From Parachlamydiales bacterium (GTDB taxonomy: Bacteria > Chlamydiota > Chlamydiia > Chlamydiales > JABDDJ01): a stretch of 64,000 bases of DNA. The notes beneath the pieces are model-generated. The model was not told where the DNA came from and did no database searches. It saw only the letters and a program-made list of their open reading frames with translations. Of this stretch, positions 54,546 through 64,000 are shown piece by piece (the first letter of the stretch is position 1; each line of letters opens with the position of its first letter). Location: contig JBAZCF010000006.1 in the NCBI GenBank assembly GCA_041671045.1, positions 19,290 through 83,289 of the forward strand, in the 5' to 3' direction. Position numbers and translations under genes: made by a program.

Positions 54546-54650
54546 GTCACACCTTAATTAAACGAATTTATTTCATAGTTTCTTCTCACGATATTTGCAA
54601 GCATTTCTTGCAGCGCAATGCTAAATACGCTCCTCTTCTAAATCTGTAAG

Positions 54651-55511
54651 TCAACTGAAATAACTGCGCAGAAGAGACCATCTAAACTCTTTATTTTCCG
54701 CTGCATAACGAGTGATCTCTTCAGGAGCATATCCCGCAAAAAGAATGATCTCTTTATCGGTAAGCCTGCAGGCAACATGATTAGCCTGCGACGTCAATTG
54801 CTTAAGGTTTTTCAGACATCTATCCAGTTGGCTTTGCCTATAAATTCTGCGTATGCAAGCCGCAATTATCATAAGCCAAGGTAATAGATTTATGCCGACC
54901 ATCCAAAGCGGCCATACGCCTGTTCCTGCTGTTAATGAAATGACCATGCTTACAAAAATGAGAAGTGCAAAAATAGCAGTCTCTTTGGATGATTCGGCCA
55001 AGGGCCCTATAAATCGTTGAAATGCACTTTGAGAAGTCATATAGGCTAGTATTTCTTCAAACTTGGGCTCTTCAAATGCCATTCGAGCTACATGCACACC
55101 TTCGTGCGCTAGTAAGAAAGAACGCTTGTAATAACCTAAGAATATTTCCTTCTTTTTAAAGCTACGCCGTAATTGGAATATCGCTCCGATAGGAGAATCT
55201 TCCGCTACTCGGAAAATCCATGCGCAACCGCCATGCCAGGGGGCTAACTGATGATTGCTGAAAAATAAAGGGGTCCAAAGAGGGGCGATGCCGAAGAGTG
55301 GACGTGTGACTTGCCACGCTTCTTCAGTTAAGGGCTGGTCTTCCGCTTCCATTACTTCCGGAGGAATAATTGAACCGTGATCTTTAGATAGTATCGTCCT
55401 TAAATGTAGGCAATAATCTACTCTTTTATAATAGTCAGCTTCTTCTTCTTCAGGTCCGGGAAATAAGCCTAAACTGTTATACTCCAATAATTTATCATTA
55501 ATTAATTCCAT
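54651..55511 (-). CDS. Hypothetical membrane protein with HExxH motif (possible zinc metallopeptidase)
   Basis: 286 aa. LLAHEGVHVARMAFEEPKFEEILAY is followed by two TM helices (AIFALLIFVSMVISL, LLPWLMIIAACI). Confidence 0.4.
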   Translation of the reverse strand: MELINDKLLEYNSLGLFPGPEEEEADYYKRVDYCLHLRTILSKDHGSIIPPEVMEAEDQPLTEEAWQVTRPLFGIAPLWTPLFFSNHQLAPWHGGCAWIFRVAEDSPIGAIFQLRRSFKKKEIFLGYYKRSFLLAHEGVHVARMAFEEPKFEEILAYMTSQSAFQRFIGPLAESSKETAIFALLIFVSMVISLTAGTGVWPLWMVGINLLPWLMIIAACIRRIYRQSQLDRCLKNLKQLTSQANHVACRLTDKEIILFAGYAPEEITRYAAENKEFRWSLLRSYFS

Positions 55512-55598
55512 ATCAGCCTATTTCTAAGTCAGCGCTTTTCTTTATCGTTATCTTGTGGCAAGATAAGACAATTATAATTTCCCGGCACGAGGTTTCTA

Positions 55599-57236
55599 AT
55601 GTTATCGGATGATTACGAGGAGTTCACCGACGCGCAACGACGCATCTTGGAGCGTTACGTTACGAATACGCATAGCCATATTTTTGCTTTGCGCAATCTT
55701 CCCGAAGTCATAAAAGGAGCTCTTTTCTCCCGTTACTCACGCTCTAATTTAGGCTTGCGTTCCTTGCTATTGAAGGAGTTCATTGGAAATGAAGATGAAG
55801 CCCATTTCTCTGAAATTGCAGGACAACCTCAAAATTATAGTACTGAAAGTCAACAAGAAGCTATCCAGAAAGCCCAGAATTTCTATGACCGAATCCTGGA
55901 CGGCTACGGCGATGACTCCATTGGCGAACTCGGTGGAGCACATATTGCCATAGAAAATATTTCCATGCTCGCTGCAAAGGCTATTGAAGACTGCAGAATT
56001 GGCGGCTCCCCCTTAGAGAAGTCCACCCGCTATGTCTACTTTGACCAGAAAGTGAATGGTGAATACCTTTTCTACCACGAACCTATCCTAATGACCTCCG
56101 CCTTCAGAGATGCCTATATCTCCACCTGTAATCACCTATTTGAAACTTATAGCGCACTCATCCCCCCTCTGACGCAGACTTTTGAAAAAACATTTCTGAA
56201 AGACCCGGCCATCTCCGCTACCGCTTACAAAGCTGCTCTGCGCGCCAAGGTCCTAGACTGCTTAAGAGGTCTTTTACCGGCGTCCACCCTAACAAACATG
56301 GGTGTGTTTGGCAACGGCCGTTTCTATGAAGGGCTGCTGCATAAAATGCATTGCTATACTCTCACCGAAATGCAAGACATCGGCCGCCGCATGCATGAGG
56401 AGCTTACAAAAGAAATACCTTCTTTCGTCCGCCGCTCTTCCCCCTCGCACCACACTCATACCAATTACAGTTCTTTCTATGAGAACATGCTCAATGATCT
56501 CCATCAAACAGCCTTCCTTTTTGCAGACGCAGCCGACCGCTCCATGACTCCCGGTGTACGCATGCTTGACTATGACAAGGAAGGCCCCCTCAATGTAGCA
56601 GCAGCCTTATTATTCCCGCACTGCAATAAAGGCTTGGGAGAGCTGCGCAAACTATGCCACGAAATGTCCGAAGAAGATATCGCACGCATTTTAGACGCTG
56701 CCGCAACAAGCAGGGACAACCGACGCCAGAAATCTCCGCGCGCATTAGAGCATGCAACCTTTACCTTCGAAATCATCGGTGACTACGGCTCTTACAGAGA
56801 TCTTCACCGCCACCGCATCCTGACACAAGAAAAGCAAATGCTTACTTGCGACTACGGCTTCTATATACCGCCGGAGATCGAAGGCAGCGCGCTGGAAGAC
56901 GATTACAACGAGGCCATGTTCCGTGCAAAAGAAGCCTACGATATGATTGCCGTTGAGTTTCCTGAAGAAGCCCAATACGTGGTCCCTATGGGCTATCATT
57001 TACGTTGGTATTTCAATGTTAATTTGCGGGCCCTGCAATGGCTCTGCGAGCTACGCTCATCTCCCGCCGGACACCCAACCTATCGCTTCATAGCTCAAGA
57101 GATGGCAAGGCAAGTATGCGAGATATGTCCTGCCTTTGAACGGTTCTTTAAATTTGTCGACTATGAAGGCTATCAAATGGGCAGATTAGGACAAGAGCAA
57201 CGAAAAATAGAAAAACAACATTTATTAGATGCATAA
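55599..57236 (+). CDS. thyX: FAD-dependent thymidylate synthase ThyX, long chlamydial-type form
   Basis: 545 aa with ALFSRYSRS and a ThyX-type motif region (YRDLHRHRILTQEKQ). As I recall, this size matches the ~530-aa chlamydial ThyX. Confidence 0.75.
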   Translation: MLSDDYEEFTDAQRRILERYVTNTHSHIFALRNLPEVIKGALFSRYSRSNLGLRSLLLKEFIGNEDEAHFSEIAGQPQNYSTESQQEAIQKAQNFYDRILDGYGDDSIGELGGAHIAIENISMLAAKAIEDCRIGGSPLEKSTRYVYFDQKVNGEYLFYHEPILMTSAFRDAYISTCNHLFETYSALIPPLTQTFEKTFLKDPAISATAYKAALRAKVLDCLRGLLPASTLTNMGVFGNGRFYEGLLHKMHCYTLTEMQDIGRRMHEELTKEIPSFVRRSSPSHHTHTNYSSFYENMLNDLHQTAFLFADAADRSMTPGVRMLDYDKEGPLNVAAALLFPHCNKGLGELRKLCHEMSEEDIARILDAAATSRDNRRQKSPRALEHATFTFEIIGDYGSYRDLHRHRILTQEKQMLTCDYGFYIPPEIEGSALEDDYNEAMFRAKEAYDMIAVEFPEEAQYVVPMGYHLRWYFNVNLRALQWLCELRSSPAGHPTYRFIAQEMARQVCEICPAFERFFKFVDYEGYQMGRLGQEQRKIEKQHLLDA

Positions 57237-58434
57237 TTGGGCAAAATTTCTAGGCGGTATATTGCTTGTCGCCGGAACGACTATCGGCGCTGCCATGTTA
57301 GCATTGCCCGTATCCGCAGGTGTAGCAGGATTCATTCCCTCCTTAGTTCTTTTTATCTGTTTTTGGCTGTATATGACCTATACAGCCTTGCTGTTTCTTG
57401 AAGTGAACACCTGGTCAGGCCAAAGAACCAATCTGCTTACTATGGCCAAAATGACCTTAGGCAGACCAGGAGAAGCTATCAGCTGGACGGCTTATCTTTT
57501 TCTTCTCTATTCTTTGCTCACAGCCTATATTGCCGGTAGTAGCGCCATCATCAGCGATCTGTTAACCAGCACTTTCAATATCCCTCCACTAGGTGCTTGG
57601 TGCGGTATTCCCCTAGTACTTTTGCTGGCCTACCTACTATTAAGAGGGACGGCACACGTAGACTATTGGAACCGCTTCCTAATGATTGGTTTAGCTGTCA
57701 GCTATTCCGCAATGTTAATAATGCTTTCCCCTTATGTTGAGACTGAAAAGCTTATCCGATCCGACTGGCCGACTGCTTTTTCCGTCGTCTCTGTCGTAGC
57801 TACTGCCTATGGGTTCCATATCATTATCCCTAGCCTCTACAGCTATATGCATGGAGACATCAAAATCCTTAAATGGACCTTATTAATAGGCAGCTTCATC
57901 CCTCTCGTCATCTATGCCCTCTGGCAAATGATCGCATTAGGCATCATACCATTTGAAGGGGCTAACGGACTATTACAAGGATATCAAAAAGGGGCTAACG
58001 GCGCGACGTTACTAGCCAATGCTATCAATACCCCTGTATTAAGCCTTATCGCACAACTATTCAGTTTCTTTGCCATTGTCACCTCTTTTATTGGGGTCGC
58101 TTTAGCTCTATGCGACTTCCTCGCCGACGGATTTAAATTACAACGTACACATACGAATAACCTTATGTTAGTGTGCTTGGTTTTCATCCCCCCCTTCCTC
58201 ATCGCCATCACTTATGCGCGCGCATTCCTTACAGCGCTGGAGATTTCAGGCGCTTATGGCGTAGTTTTCCTTCTAGGTCTTATGCCCGCCCTTATGGTAT
58301 GGAGAGGTAGATACATACAAAAGAGATTCGAAGGGTATGCCGCCCCGGGCGGAAAAATTACCTTGATCGCTGCTATGCTATTCTCTTTTCTTGTGATAGG
58401 ATTAGAAATAGCCAAATCACTTTCCCTTCTGTAA
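57229..58434 (+). CDS. tyrP: Aromatic amino acid (tyrosine/tryptophan) permease, HAAAP family (TyrP/Mtr-like)
   Basis: 401 aa with 11 predicted TM helices. The N-terminal [21 protein letters not shown] is the hallmark of TyrP/Mtr/TnaB transporters. Confidence 0.75.
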   Translation: MHNWAKFLGGILLVAGTTIGAAMLALPVSAGVAGFIPSLVLFICFWLYMTYTALLFLEVNTWSGQRTNLLTMAKMTLGRPGEAISWTAYLFLLYSLLTAYIAGSSAIISDLLTSTFNIPPLGAWCGIPLVLLLAYLLLRGTAHVDYWNRFLMIGLAVSYSAMLIMLSPYVETEKLIRSDWPTAFSVVSVVATAYGFHIIIPSLYSYMHGDIKILKWTLLIGSFIPLVIYALWQMIALGIIPFEGANGLLQGYQKGANGATLLANAINTPVLSLIAQLFSFFAIVTSFIGVALALCDFLADGFKLQRTHTNNLMLVCLVFIPPFLIAITYARAFLTALEISGAYGVVFLLGLMPALMVWRGRYIQKRFEGYAAPGGKITLIAAMLFSFLVIGLEIAKSLSLL

Positions 58435-58438
58435 ATTT

Positions 58439-60469
58439 ATGACTGAGTTCAAACTAGCAACTGACTTTCTTCCACGCGGAGATCAGCCACATGCTATTGA
58501 TGCCCTCGTAAAAGGCATTAAAGAAGGAAAGAAAGCTCAAGTCTTACTCGGCGTTACAGGTTCAGGCAAAACCTTTACGATGGCTAATATTATAGAGAGA
58601 GTACAAAAACCTACTCTGGTCCTTGCCCACAATAAAACCTTAGCCGCACAGCTTTATCAAGAGTTCAAATCTTTCTTCCCTAACAATGCTGTCGAATATT
58701 TTGTTTCTTATTATGATTACTACCAGCCCGAAGCCTATATTGCCCGAACAGATACCTATATAGAAAAAGACCTAGCGATCAATGACCAGATCGACAAAAT
58801 GCGATTAAGCGCCACAAGGTCACTGCTTGAGCGCAATGATGTCATAATTGTAGCATCAGTCTCTTGCATCTACGGCCTAGGCTCTCCAGAATATTACCGC
58901 GGAATGAATCTTAATATCCAAGTAGGACAAGAGCGGCGTCGTGACGAAATCCTTTTGCACTTGGTAGAGATGCAATACAAACGAAATGATATGGATTTCG
59001 CTCGTGCGACTTTCAGGGTCCGTGGCGATATCCTTGATATTTTTCCAGCATATGAAGACTCGTTAGCTTACCGCATAGAGCTTTTTGGCGACGAAGTGGA
59101 AAAAATAACAGAAATCGACCCTCTGACAGGTAAATCTAGAAAGTCCATCGATTCCATCACTATCTACCCAAGTTCGCACCACGTTACACCTGAAGAAGTG
59201 CGCCTTCATGCCATCGAGACCATTAAAGATGAACTTAAACTTCGCATGGCGCATTACGAACAGAATAAATTGTATGTAGAACACCAGCGCATACACCAAC
59301 GCACAATGTATGACTTGGAGATGATCAAAGAAATAGGATTCTGCAAAGGCATTGAGAACTATTCACGTCATTTCAGCATGAGGAATCCTGGAGATCCCCC
59401 TCCCTGCTTGATCGACTATTTTCCAAAAGACTACCTTCTCTTTGTAGATGAATCCCATCAGACCATACCGCAAATGACAGCTATGTATAATGGCGACCAA
59501 GCCCGCAAACAATCGCTAGTTGAATTTGGTTTCAGGCTCCCTTCCGCATTTGACAACCGCCCCCTTAAATTCGAAGAATCCTACGCCCGCTTCAATCAAG
59601 TCGTCTACGTATCTGCAACTCCAGCTAACTGGGAGATCCAAGAAGCTGACGGTGAGATTGTCGAACAATTGATACGCCCCACCGGACTTTTAGACCCTGT
59701 CATAGAAATACGCCCCGCTGCTGACCAAATAGACGACTGTCTCGCTGAAATCCATGCACATACCAAGAAAGGCGGCCGCGTCCTTGTCACGACACTAACA
59801 AAAAGGCTTTCCGAAGAGCTTTCAAAATATCTGATCGAGCTCGGAATCAAAGCAAAATACCTCCATTCCGATATCGATACCATCGAGCGCATGCAAATTA
59901 TCCAAGATCTGCGCAGAGGAAATTTTGATGTACTCGTAGGGATTAACTTATTAAGGGAAGGATTGGATATTCCTGAAGTTTCGCTAGTCGCTATCCTCGA
60001 TGCCGATAAGGAAGGCTTTCTCCGCAGTAAAACTTCGCTCATCCAAACATGCGGCCGTGCAGCCCGGAATTCCGAAGGCCGCGTCATCATGTATGCGGAT
60101 AGAATGACAGAGTCGATCCGGCAAACAGTGGAAACGACTGAAAAAAGACGGGCACTCCAAGAGAAGTACAACACGGACCACGGAGTCACCCCTAAAACAA
60201 TTAAAAAAGAGATCATTCCTTTAGTCTCGGATGAAGAATACGAAGAAGTATCCTACTCCGGCTCTAAGAGAGGAAAATCCAAACGCGCAGCAGAACCAAA
60301 ACACGAATATCTAAGTTTAAATGAGATACGCCAAAAAGTCAGCCTTCATTCCCAAGAAATGCGCCTTGCCGCAAAAGAAATGCGCTATGAAGATGCTGCC
60401 CATCAGCGCGATCTGATGAGAAAATATGAACAAATGGAACTTAACTATTCAGATCTTAACGAACTTTGA
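58439..60469 (+). CDS. uvrB: Excinuclease ABC subunit B
   Basis: [10 protein letters not shown] Walker [11 protein letters not shown], the DESH box (FVDESHQT), and a C-terminal UVR domain ([13 protein letters not shown]). Confidence 0.97.
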   Translation: MTEFKLATDFLPRGDQPHAIDALVKGIKEGKKAQVLLGVTGSGKTFTMANIIERVQKPTLVLAHNKTLAAQLYQEFKSFFPNNAVEYFVSYYDYYQPEAYIARTDTYIEKDLAINDQIDKMRLSATRSLLERNDVIIVASVSCIYGLGSPEYYRGMNLNIQVGQERRRDEILLHLVEMQYKRNDMDFARATFRVRGDILDIFPAYEDSLAYRIELFGDEVEKITEIDPLTGKSRKSIDSITIYPSSHHVTPEEVRLHAIETIKDELKLRMAHYEQNKLYVEHQRIHQRTMYDLEMIKEIGFCKGIENYSRHFSMRNPGDPPPCLIDYFPKDYLLFVDESHQTIPQMTAMYNGDQARKQSLVEFGFRLPSAFDNRPLKFEESYARFNQVVYVSATPANWEIQEADGEIVEQLIRPTGLLDPVIEIRPAADQIDDCLAEIHAHTKKGGRVLVTTLTKRLSEELSKYLIELGIKAKYLHSDIDTIERMQIIQDLRRGNFDVLVGINLLREGLDIPEVSLVAILDADKEGFLRSKTSLIQTCGRAARNSEGRVIMYADRMTESIRQTVETTEKRRALQEKYNTDHGVTPKTIKKEIIPLVSDEEYEEVSYSGSKRGKSKRAAEPKHEYLSLNEIRQKVSLHSQEMRLAAKEMRYEDAAHQRDLMRKYEQMELNYSDLNEL

Positions 60470-60762
60470 AAGGAAATCTGTAATTCCCGTAGTTTTTTTT
60501 AGCCTTTTCATTTAACCTTTGTACATACAATTAGGAGATTTATGCAGTTCATAGCAATGATGTTTCCGTTAACCACACGTGAAGTATATGCGCCCTGCTC
60601 ATTCAGCGTAATTACTGATATACTAGAATTCACTGCAATGCGGCCTATTCCTATCTATTTATCGAACCAAAACCGCTTTTGAATTTTATTGCCACTAAGA
60701 TTATACTCTATCTCACCGGCAAAGTTAGCAAAAATTTTAAGTTATATTGAGGATCTTTTTTC

Positions 60763-62937
60763 ATGAGTTACCTGGAAGAAATAAAAAGCCAAATTAATCA
60801 TAGGGACTTTTCTAAGCTTCTCATCCTATGGGAAGAATACTGTGCAAATGATATTGTAGATGTCGAAGAATATAAAGAAATCCTCGAAACAATTAAAAAC
60901 TCCGACCTTTCAATCCCCTTCGGAAAATATGTCGAAAATGGACTCACCCTCTGGAGCCTAATCGATAACTTAGAAGATTCCTATGAAGTTCTCAGATTGC
61001 TCATCGATCTTCAAACGACAAATACTCCCACTCTAGCAGATATCACTATCGATGCCATCAAAAAGAAACACCCCAATGATCCACATTTTAATGAACGCAT
61101 CCGTCTAGTAGGCTTAAGAACAAAGCAAAACTTCCAAGGCTCAATTTCCAATTACGAACTGCTCCACCACATGAAAAAAGGCAATTATGTTTTCCATAAT
61201 GGCGGATGGGATGCAGGCGAAATTGCAGACGTCTCCCCCGTGCGTGAACAACTTGCAGTTGAATTCGAATTCGTTGCCGGCAGCAAACACTTCACCTATA
61301 CCAACGCCTTTAAAACACTGACACCTCTTCAAAATAGCCATTTCCTTTCCCGCCGTTTTGCCAACCCCGACATCCTTGAACAACAAGCACGTGAAAATCC
61401 TAACGAAATTATCCATACGCTTCTAAGAGACCTTGGCCCTAAAACAGCCGCAGAAATTAAAGACGAACTCTGCGAACTCGTCATCCCAGAGAAAGACTGG
61501 ACCAAATGGTGGCAATGGTGCCGTACCAAACTAAAAAAAGATTCTCTTATCGACACCCCTAATAGCATTAAACAGCCATTCCGCCTACGTAAAGCCGAAT
61601 TAACTGAAAAAGACATGCTCCAACAGGCGTTACAGCAAACAGCATCACCTAACGAAATCATCCTGCAATGCTACAATTTAGTGCGTGATATTCCTGCTGT
61701 CCTAAAAAACCCAGATGTCAATAAGATGCTTCGCCAAGCTATGCTAGGCTTATTCGATACCAAAGATATCTCCCCTTCAATCGCCATCCAAGTCAGCATT
61801 TTCTTTGAAAACACCTTCAATGAAACATTAGACAGCCGCAGCGTCGCCACTATTATCCAAAATAGCAACGACCTTCCCAAACTTATCGATGGCATAGAAA
61901 TTCTAGCTTATAAAAAACGTGTTCTTATAGCCATCAGAGAACACCGCCCTGATTGGATTCCCCTCTTCCTCGGTTTCTTCAATAACCTCACTAATGCCCC
62001 CTTAAGAGACTACGTTCTAAAAGAACTCAATGAAGGCGAAGCTAAACCATCCCTTTCCGATGCAATAAACGAACTTCTCCAAAACCCAACGAAAAATCCG
62101 GAACTCTTCGTTTGGTATTTCCAGAAAATCGTAGGAAAAGAAAGCAAAGATCTGCCCTTCAATGACAATGAAAGCCAACAATTCTTTTTTGAATCCTTCC
62201 TGATCCTCTATAACTCCATAGAACTGAAAACCGAATACCGCGAACTCCTGAAAAAAATGTATGCCATCCTTTCAGGTCAACGCTTCTCCGTGGTAAGACA
62301 ACTGCTCGAAGGAACTAGCCTCGAATTCGTCAAAGAATACCTACTCCTCGTCAGCAAATGCCAAACATTAAGCGATCATGACGTCAAAATCCTCCGTTCT
62401 CTAGCTGAAGTTGTCCACCCTTCCTTAATTGTGCGGAAGAAAACGAAAAACCAAAGCCTTACTGACGGGCATATCATATGGACAACTGACGAAGGTTATC
62501 AACGCACTAAAAACCGTATTCAAACCATCGGTACCGTTGAAATCGTGGAAAATGCACGTGAAATCGAAGCCGCACGCGCCCATGGCGACTTGCGTGAAAA
62601 CTCCGAATTCAAATTTGCTCTGGAAAGACGCGCCCACTTACAAGGCCAGCTCAAATTCCTTAGCGAGCAACTTAACCGCGCACGCATCATTACCAGAGAT
62701 GACGTCAATCCTAATGAAGTCAGTATTGGCACCATCGCAACATTAAGCGTGACTGGAAAACCCGACATTACCTACACAATTTTAGGCCCCTGGGATGCAG
62801 ATCCAGAGAAAGGAATTCTCTCATTTCAATCCCAACTAGCACAATCGCTCATTGGTTTGAAAAAAGGTGAATCCATCCGTTTCAGAGAAGAAGACATCGT
62901 CTTAACTGAAATGAAAACAATATTCGACAAATCCTAG
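60763..62937 (+). CDS. greA: Transcription elongation factor GreA with ~560-aa N-terminal extension (chlamydial long form)
   Basis: The C-terminal ~155 aa read EIEAARAHGDLRENSEFKFALERRAHLQGQL...VSIGTIATL...YTILGPWDADPEKGILSFQSQLAQSLIGLKKGESI, which is the GreA coiled coil plus globular domain. Confidence 0.85.
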   Translation: MSYLEEIKSQINHRDFSKLLILWEEYCANDIVDVEEYKEILETIKNSDLSIPFGKYVENGLTLWSLIDNLEDSYEVLRLLIDLQTTNTPTLADITIDAIKKKHPNDPHFNERIRLVGLRTKQNFQGSISNYELLHHMKKGNYVFHNGGWDAGEIADVSPVREQLAVEFEFVAGSKHFTYTNAFKTLTPLQNSHFLSRRFANPDILEQQARENPNEIIHTLLRDLGPKTAAEIKDELCELVIPEKDWTKWWQWCRTKLKKDSLIDTPNSIKQPFRLRKAELTEKDMLQQALQQTASPNEIILQCYNLVRDIPAVLKNPDVNKMLRQAMLGLFDTKDISPSIAIQVSIFFENTFNETLDSRSVATIIQNSNDLPKLIDGIEILAYKKRVLIAIREHRPDWIPLFLGFFNNLTNAPLRDYVLKELNEGEAKPSLSDAINELLQNPTKNPELFVWYFQKIVGKESKDLPFNDNESQQFFFESFLILYNSIELKTEYRELLKKMYAILSGQRFSVVRQLLEGTSLEFVKEYLLLVSKCQTLSDHDVKILRSLAEVVHPSLIVRKKTKNQSLTDGHIIWTTDEGYQRTKNRIQTIGTVEIVENAREIEAARAHGDLRENSEFKFALERRAHLQGQLKFLSEQLNRARIITRDDVNPNEVSIGTIATLSVTGKPDITYTILGPWDADPEKGILSFQSQLAQSLIGLKKGESIRFREEDIVLTEMKTIFDKS

Positions 62938-62948
62938 AGGAAATAACC

Positions 62949-63548
62949 ATGGAACTTGTCCTAGCCACAACTAATATACACAAAATTCGTGAATACAAGG
63001 CAATGTTCCATGGTTTACCGCATATAGACCTCTTAACTCTGCATAACTTTCCCCATTACGTACAGCCGGAAGAAACCGGTAAATCCTTCCAAGAAAACGC
63101 CAGTATTAAAGCTGAACATGCTGCCAAAACTCTCCAAAAATGGGTCATAGCTGATGATTCAGGCCTGGTTGTCCCCGCTCTTAAAGGAGACCCGGGTGTA
63201 CATTCCCGCCGCTATGCAGATGTTAATGCTTCTGATATTGAGAACACTAAAAAACTTCTCAAAGAAATGACAGATTTCAAAGACCTGCAAAGAGCAGGTT
63301 TCTATGAATGTGCTATTGCTCTATCAGGTCCTGATGGCTATCTAAAAGTTGTTACTGGGATTTGCGAAGGCATGATTGCCGAAGAAGAAAGAGGCAATAA
63401 TGGATTTGGTTACGATTCCGTTTTTTCCAAACATGACTATGGCGGCAAAACATTCGGTGAACTGCAGGAAGACTTAAAAAATAAGGTCTCTCATCGCGGC
63501 AAGGCTTTAGAAAAAATATTGCTCTTTTTACAGTCAAAAATTAAGTAG
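62949..63548 (+). CDS. rdgB: dITP/XTP pyrophosphatase (RdgB/HAM1 family)
   Basis: LVLATTNIHKIRE, SFQENASIKA, ADDSGLVVPALKGDPGVHSRRYA, GFGYDSVF and SHRGKAL. Confidence 0.9.
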   Translation: MELVLATTNIHKIREYKAMFHGLPHIDLLTLHNFPHYVQPEETGKSFQENASIKAEHAAKTLQKWVIADDSGLVVPALKGDPGVHSRRYADVNASDIENTKKLLKEMTDFKDLQRAGFYECAIALSGPDGYLKVVTGICEGMIAEEERGNNGFGYDSVFSKHDYGGKTFGELQEDLKNKVSHRGKALEKILLFLQSKIK

Positions 63549-63552
63549 CCCT

Positions 63553-64000
63553 ATGCGCTACCTCATCGATGGATATAACCTCGCATTCCGATTATATTCC
63601 TCGAAGCACTCTCTCCAACAAAAAAGATTTTTAAGCATCACTGAGTTAAGTGAAAAAGTTGCTGCCCTCAATATCGAAGCAGCGATTATTTTTGATGCAC
63701 AGCATACCTTAGATGAAAGTAGCCGCGGGCACTATGCAGGCCTGGAAGTTCACTTTACTAACCACAATGAAACTGCAGATGAATATATCATCAACGCCAT
63801 CGATGAATTCAAAACCCCTTCTAAAATTACTGTGGTCACTTCTGATAGGGAGCTCACCCATCGGGCACGCCTTAAAGGAGCCCACTCTATTAACATAGAG
63901 ACATTCGCCCTTTGGTTGGATAAGCGTTTCAAAAATAGCTTTCAGAAAATAAAGAAAGTAGCAAAACCTCAACCTCCTCCTCTACAGAAACCCCCGCCTG
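63553..64000 (+). CDS. NYN-domain protein, YacP/Rae1-like (partial, runs off window)
   Basis: Not on the ORF track. ATG at 63553, MRYLIDGYNLAFRL...IFDAQ...VHFTNHNETADEYII...VVTSDRELTHRARLKGA, open to 64000. Confidence 0.7.
   Translation, partial: MRYLIDGYNLAFRLYSSKHSLQQKRFLSITELSEKVAALNIEAAIIFDAQHTLDESSRGHYAGLEVHFTNHNETADEYIINAIDEFKTPSKITVVTSDRELTHRARLKGAHSINIETFALWLDKRFKNSFQKIKKVAKPQPPPLQKPPP

Noticed and set aside
60470-60762. 293-bp uvrB-greA intergenic region with a 46-codon ORF (ATG at 60542) as a possible sRNA or small protein
   Set aside because: No convincing promoter, terminator, stable structure or Shine-Dalgarno sequence could be identified by eye. This is insufficient evidence for a feature.
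1-64000. Search for tRNA/rRNA genes, CRISPR arrays, transposase/integrase genes, PEP-CTERM or LPXTG sorting signals, and Pmp-type GGA(I/L/V)/FxxN repeat proteins
   Set aside because: None was recognised in any intergenic region or ORF translation. This was only a visual scan, so tRNAscan-SE, Infernal and HMMER would be needed for a definitive negative.

Overview
No rRNA, tRNA, CRISPR array, transposase or integrase was recognised by eye in this 64-kb window. The gene content suggests a chromosome segment of a Chlamydia-related (environmental Chlamydiae / PVC) bacterium. This is inferred from a ~720-aa GreA, a ~545-aa ThyX, a TyrP-type permease, cysteine-rich outer-membrane proteins and Inc-like membrane proteins.

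Housekeeping blocks:
- 1-8.3 kb: putA (partial, open at the window edge), a DUF1343/NamZ-like gene, groES-groEL and prmA.
- 18.2 kb: trpS.
- 55.6-64 kb: thyX, tyrP-like, uvrB, long greA, rdgB and a partial yacP-like NYN gene.

Accessory content:
1. A large Wzx/Wzy-type surface-polysaccharide locus in two parts. Part one (22.2-29.2 kb) holds an epimerase, a Wzc-like co-polymerase, two Wza-like exporters and Wzx. Part two (39.3-49.6 kb) is a 9-gene tightly overlapping minus-strand operon of GT2/GT4 transferases, a clan GH-A-like hydrolase, Wzy and an EpsI-like protein. An orphan YjbH/GfcD-like barrel lies at 11.2 kb.
2. A TolC-like / two-MFP operon (30.0-36.3 kb) facing a divergent M50 site-2-protease::MFP fusion, with no ABC/RND/MFS transporter.
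3. Three tandem Cys-free Thr-rich secreted paralogues (49.65-54.5 kb) convergent with a two-Ig-domain periplasmic protein and a 923-aa Cys-rich outer-membrane barrel. I read this as a candidate chaperone-usher-like fibre module and consider it the best candidate for an undescribed system.
4. Two copies of a ~535-bp hairpin-rich palindromic MITE-like element, each filling the gap between convergent genes (13.4 and 19.2 kb).
5. Candidate host-interaction proteins: tandem membrane paralogues with an intact and a degenerate J domain, a PPPDE/DeSI-like cysteine peptidase motif protein, and an Inc-like protein.

All family assignments come from motif recognition by eye. No database search was run.
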